Shown piece after piece: positions 42,126 to 52,440 of a DNA stretch of 64,000 bases. The DNA comes from an uncultured Gemmatimonadales bacterium (GTDB lineage Bacteria > Gemmatimonadota > Gemmatimonadetes > Longimicrobiales > Gaopeijiaceae). Position numbers and translations under genes: made by a program. The notes below the pieces were generated by a model. The model was not told the DNA's origin, did not search any database, and saw nothing but the letters and a program-made list of their open reading frames with translations. The stretch's first letter is position 1. Every line of letters begins with the position of its first letter. The DNA is taken from the NCBI GenBank assembly GCA_963809895.1, contig CAWELD010000003.1, positions 1,984,001-2,048,000 on the forward strand, written 5' to 3'.

Positions 42126-44789
42126 ATGTCCCGGATACCTCACCCGCCCCGCCTCGCCCGGCGCATCCTGGCGCGGTGCCTCCCCCTCGAGGAGCGGGAC
42201 GCGGTGCTGGGCGATCTGGAGGAAAGCTGGCACACTCGCCGCGACCGTGGACGACCGGTGCGGCTCTGGTACTGGGGCCAGGCGACCCTGCTTGCGGCGG
42301 GCTTCCTGGCGAACCGGGCGCGCGAGGCGTTGGGACGGGATGCCGCCCGGCGCTTCGGCGCACCCTCACGACGAGGAGACGGGATGATGAAGGGATGGCT
42401 GCGGGATCTTCGGGTGGCGCTGCGCTCACTGGTGCACAGGCCGGGCTTCACCGCGGTGGCGGTGCTCACCATGGCGCTGGGGCTCGGCGCCAACACGGCG
42501 ATCTTCAGCGTGGTTTACGGCGCGCTGCTGGCGCCCCTGCCCTACCCCGACTCGGACGGCCTGGTGTGGCTCTCCGACGCCCGCAAGGGCGGGTGGACCG
42601 GCAACTCCGAGTCCATCCCCAACCTCCTGGACCTGCGGGCGGAATCCAAGACGCTCGAGGATCTGGCCATCTACGGCACCTCTTCGCTCAACTTCGCCCA
42701 CGGCGAGGAGGCGGAGCGTATCTCGGGGATGGTGGTCAGCCCCGAGTTGTTCGGGGTCCTGCGCACGCCGCCGAGGCTTGGCCGCGACTTCACCCCGGAG
42801 GAGAACCAGCCCGACGCCCCGCCCGTGGTCATTCTGAGCTACGACCTGTGGCAGAGCCGCTTCGGAGGCGATCCCGACGTGCTGGGCACGCAGGTCGTGC
42901 TGAACGCCCGCCCCCATACGGTCATCGGCGTGGCCTCGCCCGACCTGGAGCTGCGCGGTAACCCGCAGGCCTTCGTGCTCTTCCAGTGGGACGAGGCCAA
43001 CCTCAGCCGGGGCTCGAGGAGCTACAACGCCATCGCCCGCATGGCACCGGGCGCCACGGTGGAGGCCGCCGACGCCGAGCTCAAGGGCATCTTCGCCCGC
43101 CTGGAGCAGGAGTACCCGGGAGCGAACAAGGACTGGACCGTCGACGCCATCCCCCTGAAGGAGCTCATGATCGGCCGGGAGGGTCGGCGGCAAGTGCTCA
43201 TGCTGGCAGGCGCCGCGCTCCTGGTGCTCCTCATCGCGTGCGTGAACGTCGCCAACCTGCTCCTGGCCCGGGCCGAGGTGCGGGGCCGCGAAATCGCGGT
43301 GCGCGGAGCGTTGGGCGCCGGGCGCGGCCGGCTGATCTCGCTCTTCCTGTCGGAGAGCGTGATCCTGGGGATCGCGGGCGGGATCGTGGGACTGGTGGGA
43401 GCCTACTGGGGCGTGCACCTGCTGCTCGGTCTGTACGCCGGCTCGCTCCCCCGGGGCAGCACGGTGAGCCTGTCCGGCGTCGCGATCCTGTTCGGCCTGG
43501 GCGCGTCGCTGGTGACCGGGGTGGCCGTGGGGCTCCTCCCGGCGCTGCGCACGCGCATGCGAGACATCTACGACGGGCTGCGCGAAGGCGGCCGCGGTGC
43601 CGCGGGGGCCGTCACCGGTCTGCGGCGGGCGCTGGTGGTCGCAGAGGTGGCGCTGGCCGTGACCCTGGTCGCGGGGGCCGGGCTGCTGCTCCGGAGCTTC
43701 TGGGCCGTGGCCTCGGTGGACGTGGGGCTGGAGCGGCCCGAGCAGATCCTGAGCTTCCAGCTCTCGCCCCCGTCGGCGGCCTACAGCGAGCGGCCGACCA
43801 TCGTGGATTTCTACACGAACCTGACCAACGGTCTGGCGTCGCTCCCGGGCGTGGAGGCGGTGGGACTGACGAACCGCCTTCCCACCGACGGGGGCACCAA
43901 CCTCACCGATGTGGCGTCGGGCGAGAATCCCGACGTGATGGCCCACTTCGTCGAGATCCGCACCGTCAATCCGGGCTTCTTCGAGGCAGCGGGGATTCCC
44001 CTGGTGAGCGGGCGCGGCTTCGCGCCCGCGGACCAGCGTGAGGACTTCATGGGAGTGGTGATCACCCGGGAGCTCGGCCGCCAGCTCTTCCCCGACCAGG
44101 ATCCGGTGGGCAAGACGCTGGACGTGGTATCGTGGGGGAACATGAAGCCCGAGATCATCGGCGTGGCCGAGGACATGCACGACATGGGACCCACCCGGGC
44201 ACCACCGCCGGGCTTCTATCTGCCTTTCGGGGGGCCCTGGATGGTTCCCTCACTGGCGGTCCTGGTGCGGGCGAACGGGAATCCCCTGGAACTGACACCC
44301 CTCGTTCGGGAGCAGGTGCGGCGCCTGGACCCGGCCCTTCCGGTCTTCAACGTACGTCTCATGAGCGACGTCATCACCCAGGCCGCGGGTGGACGCCGGA
44401 AGCTCAACATGTCGCTGATCCTCCTCTTCGGAGGCGTGGCCGTGCTCCTGGGGGCGGTGGGCATCTACGGGGTCATGAGCTACGTCGTGACGCAACGCAC
44501 CCGGGAGATGGGCGTGCGTCTGGCGCTGGGAGCCCGGCAGGGCGACGTGAGCCGCCTCGTGCTGCGTCAGGGGATCCGCATGACGGCCCTGGGCATCGTG
44601 CTGGGAATCGGGGGCGCCCTGGCTTCCGGTCGGGTGCTGGCGAGCCTGCTCTACGGCGTGAAGCCCTCCGATCCGGCCACCCATGTCACCGTGGCCGTGC
44701 TCCTGACCGTGGTGGCGCTGCTGTCGTGCTGGCTCCCGGCCCGGCGGGCAGCGCGGGTGGATCCCGTGGAGGCGCTCCGCAACGAATAG
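42126..44789 (+). CDS. ADOP-type duplicated ABC permease with N-terminal extension
   Basis: PPRLA...VLGDLEE, LGLGANTAIFSVV, LLIACVNVANLLLAR, QRTREMGVRLALGA, DPVEALR. Confidence 0.92.
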   Translation: MSRIPHPPRLARRILARCLPLEERDAVLGDLEESWHTRRDRGRPVRLWYWGQATLLAAGFLANRAREALGRDAARRFGAPSRRGDGMMKGWLRDLRVALRSLVHRPGFTAVAVLTMALGLGANTAIFSVVYGALLAPLPYPDSDGLVWLSDARKGGWTGNSESIPNLLDLRAESKTLEDLAIYGTSSLNFAHGEEAERISGMVVSPELFGVLRTPPRLGRDFTPEENQPDAPPVVILSYDLWQSRFGGDPDVLGTQVVLNARPHTVIGVASPDLELRGNPQAFVLFQWDEANLSRGSRSYNAIARMAPGATVEAADAELKGIFARLEQEYPGANKDWTVDAIPLKELMIGREGRRQVLMLAGAALLVLLIACVNVANLLLARAEVRGREIAVRGALGAGRGRLISLFLSESVILGIAGGIVGLVGAYWGVHLLLGLYAGSLPRGSTVSLSGVAILFGLGASLVTGVAVGLLPALRTRMRDIYDGLREGGRGAAGAVTGLRRALVVAEVALAVTLVAGAGLLLRSFWAVASVDVGLERPEQILSFQLSPPSAAYSERPTIVDFYTNLTNGLASLPGVEAVGLTNRLPTDGGTNLTDVASGENPDVMAHFVEIRTVNPGFFEAAGIPLVSGRGFAPADQREDFMGVVITRELGRQLFPDQDPVGKTLDVVSWGNMKPEIIGVAEDMHDMGPTRAPPPGFYLPFGGPWMVPSLAVLVRANGNPLELTPLVREQVRRLDPALPVFNVRLMSDVITQAAGGRRKLNMSLILLFGGVAVLLGAVGIYGVMSYVVTQRTREMGVRLALGARQGDVSRLVLRQGIRMTALGIVLGIGGALASGRVLASLLYGVKPSDPATHVTVAVLLTVVALLSCWLPARRAARVDPVEALRNE

Positions 44790-44879
44790 CCCTTCCGGGC
44801 GGGCAGGCCGGGAGTAGATTCAAGGATCGAGGGGCCGGGCACGACCCGGTCCCCACGACCCTCGACCCCCCTGGTCTCC

Positions 44880-45275
44880 ATGTTCCTCGTCCCCACCATC
44901 GTGCGGCCCAGCCACGCCCACGGCGTCGGAGTCTTCACGTCCGAGGCCATCCGCGGCGGCACGGTCCTCTGGGAGTTCACCGAAGAGGTGGACCTGCGAC
45001 TGCCCCCCGACAGCTTCCGCGACGTGCCCGAGCCTCTGCGCTCGAAGCTGCGGGCGTACTGCTACGAAGAGCCCGACGGCACCTTGGTCCTGTGCGGGGA
45101 CAACGCCAAGTTCATGAACCACTCCTTCGATCCCAACTGCGACGACGTCGAGGGGCCCTACACCATCGCCAAGCACGACATCGCCGCCGGCGAGGAGCTC
45201 ACCTGCGACTACCGTCTTTTCGATCTCGAGTCGGCTCGCGACGGGCTCGAGGCGTGGCGCTCGCCCTCCGACTGA
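44880..45275 (+). CDS. SET domain protein (lysine methyltransferase fold)
   Basis: HGVGVF, AKFMNHSFDPN, DIAAGEELTCDY. Confidence 0.9.
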   Translation: MFLVPTIVRPSHAHGVGVFTSEAIRGGTVLWEFTEEVDLRLPPDSFRDVPEPLRSKLRAYCYEEPDGTLVLCGDNAKFMNHSFDPNCDDVEGPYTIAKHDIAAGEELTCDYRLFDLESARDGLEAWRSPSD

Positions 45276-45296
45276 TCCGCCTCCGAATCCCACATC

Positions 45297-46040
45297 ATGC
45301 GCACCTCCCCATCGACCTCTCGGTTCGCCGTCCCTTTCCTCGCCCTCCTGGCTCTCCAGGCCTGCGCCTCGGGCTCCCCGCAGACGCCGGCGCCGGTGGG
45401 ACCGCCTCCACCGGAGGTCCACTGGGTCCGGACCGCGGCCGAGCATCGGGCCATCTTCGAGGAGGTCTACCGCTGGGCCGGCGAGCGGGTGGCGGCGGCG
45501 ACGGCCGATCGCAGCCCCGGGACCTGGGCGGTGATCCTGGACGTGGACGAGACGGTGCTGGACAACTCGGAGTACGAGGCGCGCCTCTGGCGCCAGGGCG
45601 TGACCTACACCCCTGACAGCTGGAACGCCTGGGTCCACGAGGCGTCGGCGCCGGCGCTACCGGGGGCCAAGCGCTTCATCGACGGCGTGCGCAGCCGGGG
45701 CGGGCGCGTGGTGCTGGTGACCAACCGTGACGACGCGCTCTGCGACGCCACGCGGGAGAACCTGGTGGCGCAGCGGGTGGAGGCCGATCTGGTCCTGTGC
45801 CGGCCCCCGGGGGTCGAGCGCAAGGAGGCGCGCTTCCGGGCGGTGCAGGACGGCACGGCCTCGTCCTCGCTGCCCGCCCTCGACGTGGTGGCGTGGGTGG
45901 GCGACAACATCCGGGACTTTCCCGGAGGTGAGCAGGCGCTCCGGGACGGCGATCCGGTGGCGCTGGCGTCGTTCGGGGTGCGCTGGTTCGTGCTGCCCAA
46001 CCCCATGTACGGGAGCTGGCAGGACAATCCTCCGCGTTAG
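45297..46040 (+). CDS. Class C acid phosphatase / 5'-nucleotidase lipoprotein e(P4) family
   Basis: LQAC lipobox, LDVDETVLDNS, VTNR, GDNIRDF, LPNPMYGSW. Confidence 0.92.
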   Translation: MRTSPSTSRFAVPFLALLALQACASGSPQTPAPVGPPPPEVHWVRTAAEHRAIFEEVYRWAGERVAAATADRSPGTWAVILDVDETVLDNSEYEARLWRQGVTYTPDSWNAWVHEASAPALPGAKRFIDGVRSRGGRVVLVTNRDDALCDATRENLVAQRVEADLVLCRPPGVERKEARFRAVQDGTASSSLPALDVVAWVGDNIRDFPGGEQALRDGDPVALASFGVRWFVLPNPMYGSWQDNPPR

Positions 46041-46078
46041 CGCGAGCACGACGCCGGCGGAGGGCCGGCTGCACCCCG

Positions 46079-46717
46079 TCAGAGCTCCAGCTCGAACTGG
46101 AGTCCCAGGAAGGTGAGGCGGTGGTGAGGCGTAGGGCCCAGCTCGTCCAGCGCCTGCCGGTGAGCCAGCGTGCCGTAGCCGGCGTTGGTTTCCCAGCCGA
46201 AGCCGGGGTAGCGTGCCGCCAGGCGGCGCATGAGCCGGTCCCTGAGCACCTTGGCCACGATGGAGGCGCAGGCCACCGAGTGGACCAGCGCATCGCCTCC
46301 GACGACCGCCTCGTGCTTCCAGCGCAGGTGCTTCACCGGCAGGCCGTCCACCACCACGTGCTCGGGGCGCATGGGCAGCGCGGCCAGGGCCCGGCGCATG
46401 GCCAGCGTGGTGGCCCCGAGGATGTTCAGCCGGTCGATCTCCCGCACCGAGGCGGCCCCGAGGGCGACACCTGCGGCCGCGCGGCGGATCGCCAGGTCCA
46501 GGGCTTCACGGGTGGGCGCGTCCAGGAGCTTGGAGTCCGTGGCGCCCTCGACGAGCACGTCGGGCGGGAGGACCACGGCGCAGGCCACCACCGGTCCCGC
46601 CAGGGGTCCCCGGCCCACCTCGTCCACGCCAGCTACCCATCGAACGTCGCGGCTCCAGAATCCGCGCTCGTAGTCGAGGGGATTCTGGAGCCGTGAAGTG
46701 TCGTCCTGGTCCGGCAT
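46079..46717 (-). CDS. rnhB: Ribonuclease HII
   Basis: GVDEVGRGPLAGPV, DSK, ASIVAKV, GYGT..H. Confidence 0.96.
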   Translation of the reverse strand: MPDQDDTSRLQNPLDYERGFWSRDVRWVAGVDEVGRGPLAGPVVACAVVLPPDVLVEGATDSKLLDAPTREALDLAIRRAAAGVALGAASVREIDRLNILGATTLAMRRALAALPMRPEHVVVDGLPVKHLRWKHEAVVGGDALVHSVACASIVAKVLRDRLMRRLAARYPGFGWETNAGYGTLAHRQALDELGPTPHHRLTFLGLQFELEL

Positions 46718-46729
46718 GGCCGGCTCGCG

Positions 46730-47077
46730 TCAGACGCGCTTCTCCGGGATGCGGGCCGCCTTGCCGCGGAGCTGGCGCAGGTAGTAGAGCTTGGCCCGAC
46801 GAACCCGACCACGCCGCACCACCTCGATGTCCTTGATGGTGGGAACGTGCAGGGGGAACACGCGCTCGACGCCGATGCCACTGGAGATCTTGCGGACCAT
46901 GAAGGTCTCGTTGAGCCCGCCGCCGCGTCGGCCGATGCAGACGCCCTCGAAGGCCTGGATACGCTCCTTCTCGCCCTCGCGCACACGGTAGAGGACGCGG
47001 ACGGTATCGCCCGGGGCGAAGTCCGGGAGATCGTCCCGGAGCTGCTCCTTTTCGAGTTCCTGCAGCAGGTCTGCCAT
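46730..47077 (-). CDS. rplS: 50S ribosomal protein L19
   Basis: PGDTVRV...[12 protein letters not shown]...GVERVFP...RRAKLYYLR. Confidence 0.98.
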   Translation of the reverse strand: MADLLQELEKEQLRDDLPDFAPGDTVRVLYRVREGEKERIQAFEGVCIGRRGGGLNETFMVRKISSGIGVERVFPLHVPTIKDIEVVRRGRVRRAKLYYLRQLRGKAARIPEKRV

Positions 47078-47125
47078 GATCCCTTCTCCTGAACGGCCGG
47101 ACGGCCGGATTCCAGTCAGACGAGT

Positions 47126-47154
47126 ATTATAACTTCCGCTGGGGTCCGGGTGAA
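47126..47154 (-). promoter_or_regulatory. Internal sigma70 promoter for rplS
   Basis: TTCACC-N17-TATAAT. Confidence 0.6.
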
Positions 47155-47183
47155 GCCCTGCAGAAGCCACGTGGCACGCGGAC

Positions 47184-47873
47184 TCAGTCCCCCGCGGACC
47201 GCCCCCCGCGGAGCAGATCTGGCCGCCGCTGGCGAGTCACGCGGTCTGCTTCGGCCCGGCGCCACGCCTCGATGCGGGCGTGGTCTCCGCTGCGCAGCAC
47301 CTCGGGCACCTCGAAGCCCCGGTACTCCGGCGGCCTGGTGTACGAGGGCGCGCTCAGGACGCCCTGATCGTAGAACGAGTCGGTGGCCGCCGCGTCATGG
47401 TCCCCCAGGGCGCCGGGCAGGAGCCGCACCACCGCATCGGTGACCGCCAGCGCACCGATCTCGCCGCCGGACAGGACGAAGTCGCCCAGCGAGATCTCCT
47501 CGGTGGCCAGGTGGTCGGCCACCCGCTGATCCACGTCCTTGTAGTGCCCGCACAGGAGGGTGAGCTCGTCCTCCACGGCGAAGCGCACGGCGTCGGCGTG
47601 GCGGAACGGCCGCCCACGTGCCGACAGCAGCACGACGGGTCCCGCCGGCGACAGCGCGTCCACCGCCTCGAAGAAGGGCTCCGGCTTCATGACCATGCCC
47701 GCGCCCCCGCCGTAGGGGAGGTCGTCCACGGTGCGATGCCGGTCGTGGGTGAAGTCCCGCAGATCCAGCACGCGGTAGCTCACCAGCCCCGCGTCGGCCG
47801 CTCGCTTCGGGATGCTCAGCGAGAGTGGGCCCGCGAAGAAGTCCGGGAAGATGGTGACGATGTTGATGCGCAT
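47184..47873 (-). CDS. trmD: tRNA (guanine-N1)-methyltransferase
   Basis: [32 protein letters not shown]. Confidence 0.97.
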   Translation of the reverse strand: MRINIVTIFPDFFAGPLSLSIPKRAADAGLVSYRVLDLRDFTHDRHRTVDDLPYGGGAGMVMKPEPFFEAVDALSPAGPVVLLSARGRPFRHADAVRFAVEDELTLLCGHYKDVDQRVADHLATEEISLGDFVLSGGEIGALAVTDAVVRLLPGALGDHDAAATDSFYDQGVLSAPSYTRPPEYRGFEVPEVLRSGDHARIEAWRRAEADRVTRQRRPDLLRGGRSAGD

Positions 47874-47912
47874 GACGTCCTCCGCTGTCCCGGGCGCCGG
47901 CGTCGCCGACGT

Positions 47913-48455
47913 TCAGAGATCGAGAAGCCCCTCCGGCGGGTCCACCACCAGGCGGGCGGCGGCGCGATCCACCTCCACCACCACCTCGCGCGTGAACGGA
48001 ATCAGCACGGACCCCCGTCGTGTGCGCACCTCCAGCAGGTCCGAGGGGCGTACCTCGTAGACCTCGCGGACGTCTCCCACCTCTTCACCGGCCACGGTCT
48101 CGACCCTCATGCCGAGGAGCTCGTGATAGAAGACCTCGTCGTCGGCCAGCGGCTCCAGGTCGTCGGTGGCCAACATCAGGTAGAGGTCCCGGAGGCGCTC
48201 GGCGTCGTTCCGGTCGCGCATGCCGCCGAACAGCACCAGGAAGCCCCGGCGGAAGGGCCGCACCTCGTCGACACGCAGCGGCGGCGCCGAGGGATCCGGA
48301 GCACGCCCGCTGGCGTCGGCCCCAAGCAGAACCACCCCGGGAGCGAACACGCTCTCGGGGTGATCCGTGAGGGGCAGAACGAAGACCTCGCCCTGGATGC
48401 CGTGGGGCTTGCGAATCTGCCCGACCACCAGGTGGGACGGTGCCTCTCGGGCCAT
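47913..48455 (-). CDS. rimM: Ribosome maturation factor RimM
   Basis: VGQIRKPHGIQGE, FYHELLG, LIPF; lies between rpsP and trmD. Confidence 0.95.
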   Translation of the reverse strand: MAREAPSHLVVGQIRKPHGIQGEVFVLPLTDHPESVFAPGVVLLGADASGRAPDPSAPPLRVDEVRPFRRGFLVLFGGMRDRNDAERLRDLYLMLATDDLEPLADDEVFYHELLGMRVETVAGEEVGDVREVYEVRPSDLLEVRTRRGSVLIPFTREVVVEVDRAAARLVVDPPEGLLDL

Positions 48456-48472
48456 CATCCCTCCGCCGGAGG

Positions 48473-49144
48473 TTACTCCGACTTGCTCTCCTCGTCGTCC
48501 TCGGCGTCGCCGGCCTCTTCCTCGGCCTCGTCGGCCGCGGCTTCTTCGGCTTCTGCCTCGGGCTCCTCGGCCGCTTCGGCTTCTTCGGCGGGCTCGGCTT
48601 CGGCCTCGGGCTCGTCGGCGGCTTCGGCCACCTCGGCGGGCTCGGCTTCGGCAGTGGCCTCGGCCTCGTCCGACTCGGCGCCTTCAGCGTCCGCTTCTTC
48701 CGCGGCCTCCGCTTCGGCCTCGGCAGCTTCAGCGGCGGCGGCCGCTTCGGCTTCCGCCTTGGCCTGCGCCTCGGCTTCGGCCTGGGCCTTGGCCTCGTCC
48801 GCGGCCGCCTTCTTCTCGGCAGCCCGCTTGGCGGCCAGAGCCTCCTGCGCCTTCTTGCGCTCGGCCTCGAGGTCCGGCTCGCCGACGGCGACGGTGTTGT
48901 CACCGCCGCTACGGGCCCGGGAGATGAGGTTCCTCACGGTATGGGACGGGGACGCGCCCTGCTCGATCCAGTAGTCCACGCGCTCCAGATTCAGCACGAG
49001 GCGCGCCGGCGAGGACAGGGGCTTGTAGTACCCCAGGCTCTCCACGAACCGTCCGTCACGCGGCGAGGCGGAATCCGCCACGACCACACGATAGTGGGGC
49101 TGCTTCTTACGGCCCATCCGCTTCAGTCGAATCCTGACAGCCAT
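48473..49144 (-). CDS. rpsP: 30S ribosomal protein S16 with long Ala/Glu-rich C-terminal extension
   Basis: [33 protein letters not shown]. Confidence 0.97.
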   Translation of the reverse strand: MAVRIRLKRMGRKKQPHYRVVVADSASPRDGRFVESLGYYKPLSSPARLVLNLERVDYWIEQGASPSHTVRNLISRARSGGDNTVAVGEPDLEAERKKAQEALAAKRAAEKKAAADEAKAQAEAEAQAKAEAEAAAAAEAAEAEAEAAEEADAEGAESDEAEATAEAEPAEVAEAADEPEAEAEPAEEAEAAEEPEAEAEEAAADEAEEEAGDAEDDEESKSE

Positions 49145-49257
49145 CTCGTCACAAGGTTGTGCCCGGATCCGGCCCTCCCCCTGGAGCGCGGCGGTATCCG
49201 AGCGGACTTCTCGGAGGGCGGGACGGTGTTGTCCAGCCCCGAAACGCAGAGCCCAGT

Positions 49258-49286
49258 AACGTATTCCCTATGGGCCCTTTGCACAA
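49258..49286 (-). promoter_or_regulatory. Putative sigma70 promoter for the rpsP operon
   Basis: TTGTGC-N17-TACGTT. Confidence 0.45.
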
Positions 49287-49358
49287 GGAAGGGGCACGAC
49301 GCAACAGCCCCTCGCCGCCGGGGTTGACACGACCCCGCGCGGAGTTCCTTCATGGGGG

Positions 49359-50999
49359 ATGCTCGAGACCGCCGATTCGACGCCGCGTGGGTGGCTGCGG
49401 GACCCGCGGGTAATCGCCGCGATGATCGCCGCTGGCCTGGCGATCCTGGTCTACGCCAATGCCCTGGCCAACGGGTTCGCATACGACGACGTCCCCGTCA
49501 TCGTCGACAACCCGGCGGTCAGCGGGGGAATCCACCCGCTCCGCATCCTCTTCACGCCCTACTGGCCGGGTGCCGACGGACGCACGTTGGGACTCTACCG
49601 CCCGCTGACGATCCTGCTGTTCGCGGTTCAGTGGGCGTTGGGCGACGGAAGCGCCCTGGTATTCCACGCCGTGAGCCTTCTTCTCCATGGCGTGGCGACG
49701 GCGCTGGTCTTCCGGTTGGTCTCGCGCTTCGTGGACTGGCGCTACGCGCTGGCCGGCACACTCCTGTTCGCGGTGCATCCGGTCCATGTCGAGGCGGTAG
49801 CCAACGTCGTGGGCCAGTCCGAACTGATGTCGGCATGCCTCCTGCTGGCGGGAGCGAGCATTCATGCGGGCCGGCCCCTGGGCGGGGAGGAGCCGGCCGG
49901 ACACCGACGCGTCATCGCGCTCCTCTTCGCTGCCGGCCTCCTGGCCAAGGAGAGCGCCATCGTGTTTCCGGCGCTCCTGCTCGTGCTGGACCTCGCCCAG
50001 GGGCGGGTGCGCCGGCCCGGCTACCTCCGGTCCGTGGCGCGCCTGGCCATCCTCCTGGCGGCGACGACCGCCGTCTACCTGGCGCTGCGCACCGTGGTGC
50101 TGGGCGCCCTCACCGGCGATGTGACCTTCACGATGCGCTTCCTGGAGGATCCGGTCACCCGACTTTCGACCGCCCTCACCGTGTGGCCGCACTACGCGAG
50201 GCTCCTGTTCGCGCCTCTCCACCTGTCGGCCATGTACGATCCGGACTTCCTGGTGCCGGCGAGCACCCTCACTGCCCGGTCACTGGCGGGTGCCGCCATC
50301 CTCGCCATCACCGTGGTTCTGGCCGTGACGCCCCGCTGGTGGCCCGCCGCGGGGCTGGGCGCGTCATGGTTTCTGGTGACGATTCTCCTCGTATCCAATC
50401 TGGTGGTGCCCGTGGGCACACTGCTGGCTGAACGTACGCTCTACCTGCCGTCCGTGGCGCTCGCGTTCTGGATCGGGTTCGGGGCGCGGGCGCTGGCAAG
50501 ACACCGTAGCGTCTCGAAGTGGGTCCGCCCCGCCGCCGCCGCACTCGGCGTCGTCCTCTGCGCCTTCGCGCTGCGGACGGTCCTGCGGACCCCGGTGTGG
50601 AAGGACAGCGCCACCGTGATCGAGACGTCCTTCCGCCAACACCCCGAGGATTTCCGCGCCCAGTGGTTCCACGCCGAGCGCGTGGCCGAGGCGGGGGATT
50701 CGACGGGGAGCCTCGTCTTCTGGCGGCAGGCCTTCGACATCTACCCGGACCATCCGCGTTTTCTCACGGCCTATGCCAGTATGCTACTGGCTCTGGGGAG
50801 GGTGGATCAGGCGGACTCCATGATCCAGCGGGCCAGGAGCCTTCACCCCGACGGTGCGGAGTCCATCTTCCTCCAGGGGCTCGTGGATCTGGAGCTCGGG
50901 CGCGACGGGGCGGCAGCGGCCCGGATCGACCGGTTGGACGCGTTGGGCTACGGCACCATGGCCAGGGCCCTGGCCGACAGCGCTGGGCGGCGTCGGTAG
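49359..50999 (+). CDS. TMTC-like GT-C glycosyltransferase with C-terminal TPRs
   Basis: NGFAYDD...DNP, YRPL, FAVHPVHVEAV, LAKE, AERTLYLPS, VWKDS, TPR-like tail. Confidence 0.8.
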   Translation: MLETADSTPRGWLRDPRVIAAMIAAGLAILVYANALANGFAYDDVPVIVDNPAVSGGIHPLRILFTPYWPGADGRTLGLYRPLTILLFAVQWALGDGSALVFHAVSLLLHGVATALVFRLVSRFVDWRYALAGTLLFAVHPVHVEAVANVVGQSELMSACLLLAGASIHAGRPLGGEEPAGHRRVIALLFAAGLLAKESAIVFPALLLVLDLAQGRVRRPGYLRSVARLAILLAATTAVYLALRTVVLGALTGDVTFTMRFLEDPVTRLSTALTVWPHYARLLFAPLHLSAMYDPDFLVPASTLTARSLAGAAILAITVVLAVTPRWWPAAGLGASWFLVTILLVSNLVVPVGTLLAERTLYLPSVALAFWIGFGARALARHRSVSKWVRPAAAALGVVLCAFALRTVLRTPVWKDSATVIETSFRQHPEDFRAQWFHAERVAEAGDSTGSLVFWRQAFDIYPDHPRFLTAYASMLLALGRVDQADSMIQRARSLHPDGAESIFLQGLVDLELGRDGAAAARIDRLDALGYGTMARALADSAGRRR

Positions 51000-51015
51000 C
51001 GCCCCCCCCCCGCCC

Positions 51016-52440
51016 TCAGGCCGCGGGATCAGCGACCATGTCCCGCGCCGCGAACAGTTCCGCAAGAGGCGGCGTGGGGTCGCCGCCCACCCAGTCCGCG
51101 AGACGCGGACCGTCGAGGATGCCTTCCAGGGCCTGGACGCAGCGCAGGTCCACCGCGCTGCCGGCGTCGCCGCGGAGGATCTCCAACGCGCTCCGGGGAT
51201 CCATGCCCGCCCGGTAGGGGCGGTCCGCGGTGAGGGCCTCGAAGACATCGGCCACCGCCAGGATGCGGGCCACCAGCGGCAGGCGCTCCACGCCGAAGCC
51301 CCAGGGATAGCCCTCGCCGTCGAGACGCTCGTGGTGCAGGGCGGCCTCGCGTGCGAAGCCCCGGAACGCGGGCACGTCGGCGAGGATCTGCCAGGTGTGC
51401 ACCGGATGGCGCCGCATGGCCCGGTGCTCCCCCCGGGTGAGGGCGCCGGGCTTCTCCAGGATCCGGGACGAGACGCCGAGCTTGCCGATGTCGTGCAGGA
51501 GCCCGGCGCGGTACAGATCCCGGAGCTCGTCGGCGGTGAGGCCGAGCATGCCGCCGACGGCGCGGGCGTAGCGCGCCACGTTCACGGAGTGGCGCGCGGT
51601 GAACGGGCTCTTGGCGTCGATGATGTCGGCGAAGGCGCGGGCGATGCCGTCGAGCCCCGTGTCGGTGACGGCCACGGACCGCCGGCCCTCGTCCAGCGCC
51701 GCCACGCGGCGGTCCAGGCCCGGCTCGTCCAGACGCATCCACCAGCGCCGATCCCACGAGAACTCCAGTAGCCGATCCGTGAGCTCCGGATCGAACCAAC
51801 GCCCGCGCCGCTGGCGCAGCATGGCCACCATGGCGTCCAGGCCGTGCTCTCGATGAAACACCTCGGCGGTCTGGGCCAGGCCGCACACGCGGGCCAGGAG
51901 CGGAATCGCCTCTCCCTCGAGCCCGTCGGGGTGGCCGCGGCCGTTCCAGTGCTCGTCGAGCGCGCGGATGGCCTCGGCGGTCTCGGGCGGGAATCCCAGC
52001 GACCGCACGATGCCGGCACCCCGCTCGCAGCGGATGCGGATGAGCTCCCGTGCGACCTGCTGGTTGCCACGGGCGAGCCCGAGCAGGCGCCACACGCGCG
52101 TCACCGGACCCTGGCCCCGACCGGCGTTGCGTACGGCGAACAGCGCAGCCCTTAGCGGACGCTGCCAGTCCGACAGCTTGAGGGCGTACTTCGGCCCGTG
52201 GTCGTCGGTGCCGAAGACGCTGGCGACCCGGGTGGCGTTGCTCGAGCACCCGGCATCCTTCAGGAGGAGCGCGTAGAAGAGGGCGGTACGGAGCTCCGGA
52301 TCCAGATCCACGGCCTCCGCCACCCGCATGCCGATGACACAAGCCCGCATGCTGTGACCCTGCGGCTGGCCCTCGGTGAGGTCCAGCGCGCGGGTCAGGG
52401 AAGCGACCAGCTCGGAGAGGCGGACGGGCGAACGAGGCAT
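51016..52440 (-). CDS. HD-GYP phosphodiesterase (tandem HD, N-terminal copy degenerate)
   Basis: LLHDIGK, HHERLDGEGYP, ADVFEALTADRPYR; N-terminal LLKDAG. Confidence 0.9.
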   Translation of the reverse strand: MPRSPVRLSELVASLTRALDLTEGQPQGHSMRACVIGMRVAEAVDLDPELRTALFYALLLKDAGCSSNATRVASVFGTDDHGPKYALKLSDWQRPLRAALFAVRNAGRGQGPVTRVWRLLGLARGNQQVARELIRIRCERGAGIVRSLGFPPETAEAIRALDEHWNGRGHPDGLEGEAIPLLARVCGLAQTAEVFHREHGLDAMVAMLRQRRGRWFDPELTDRLLEFSWDRRWWMRLDEPGLDRRVAALDEGRRSVAVTDTGLDGIARAFADIIDAKSPFTARHSVNVARYARAVGGMLGLTADELRDLYRAGLLHDIGKLGVSSRILEKPGALTRGEHRAMRRHPVHTWQILADVPAFRGFAREAALHHERLDGEGYPWGFGVERLPLVARILAVADVFEALTADRPYRAGMDPRSALEILRGDAGSAVDLRCVQALEGILDGPRLADWVGGDPTPPLAELFAARDMVADPAA

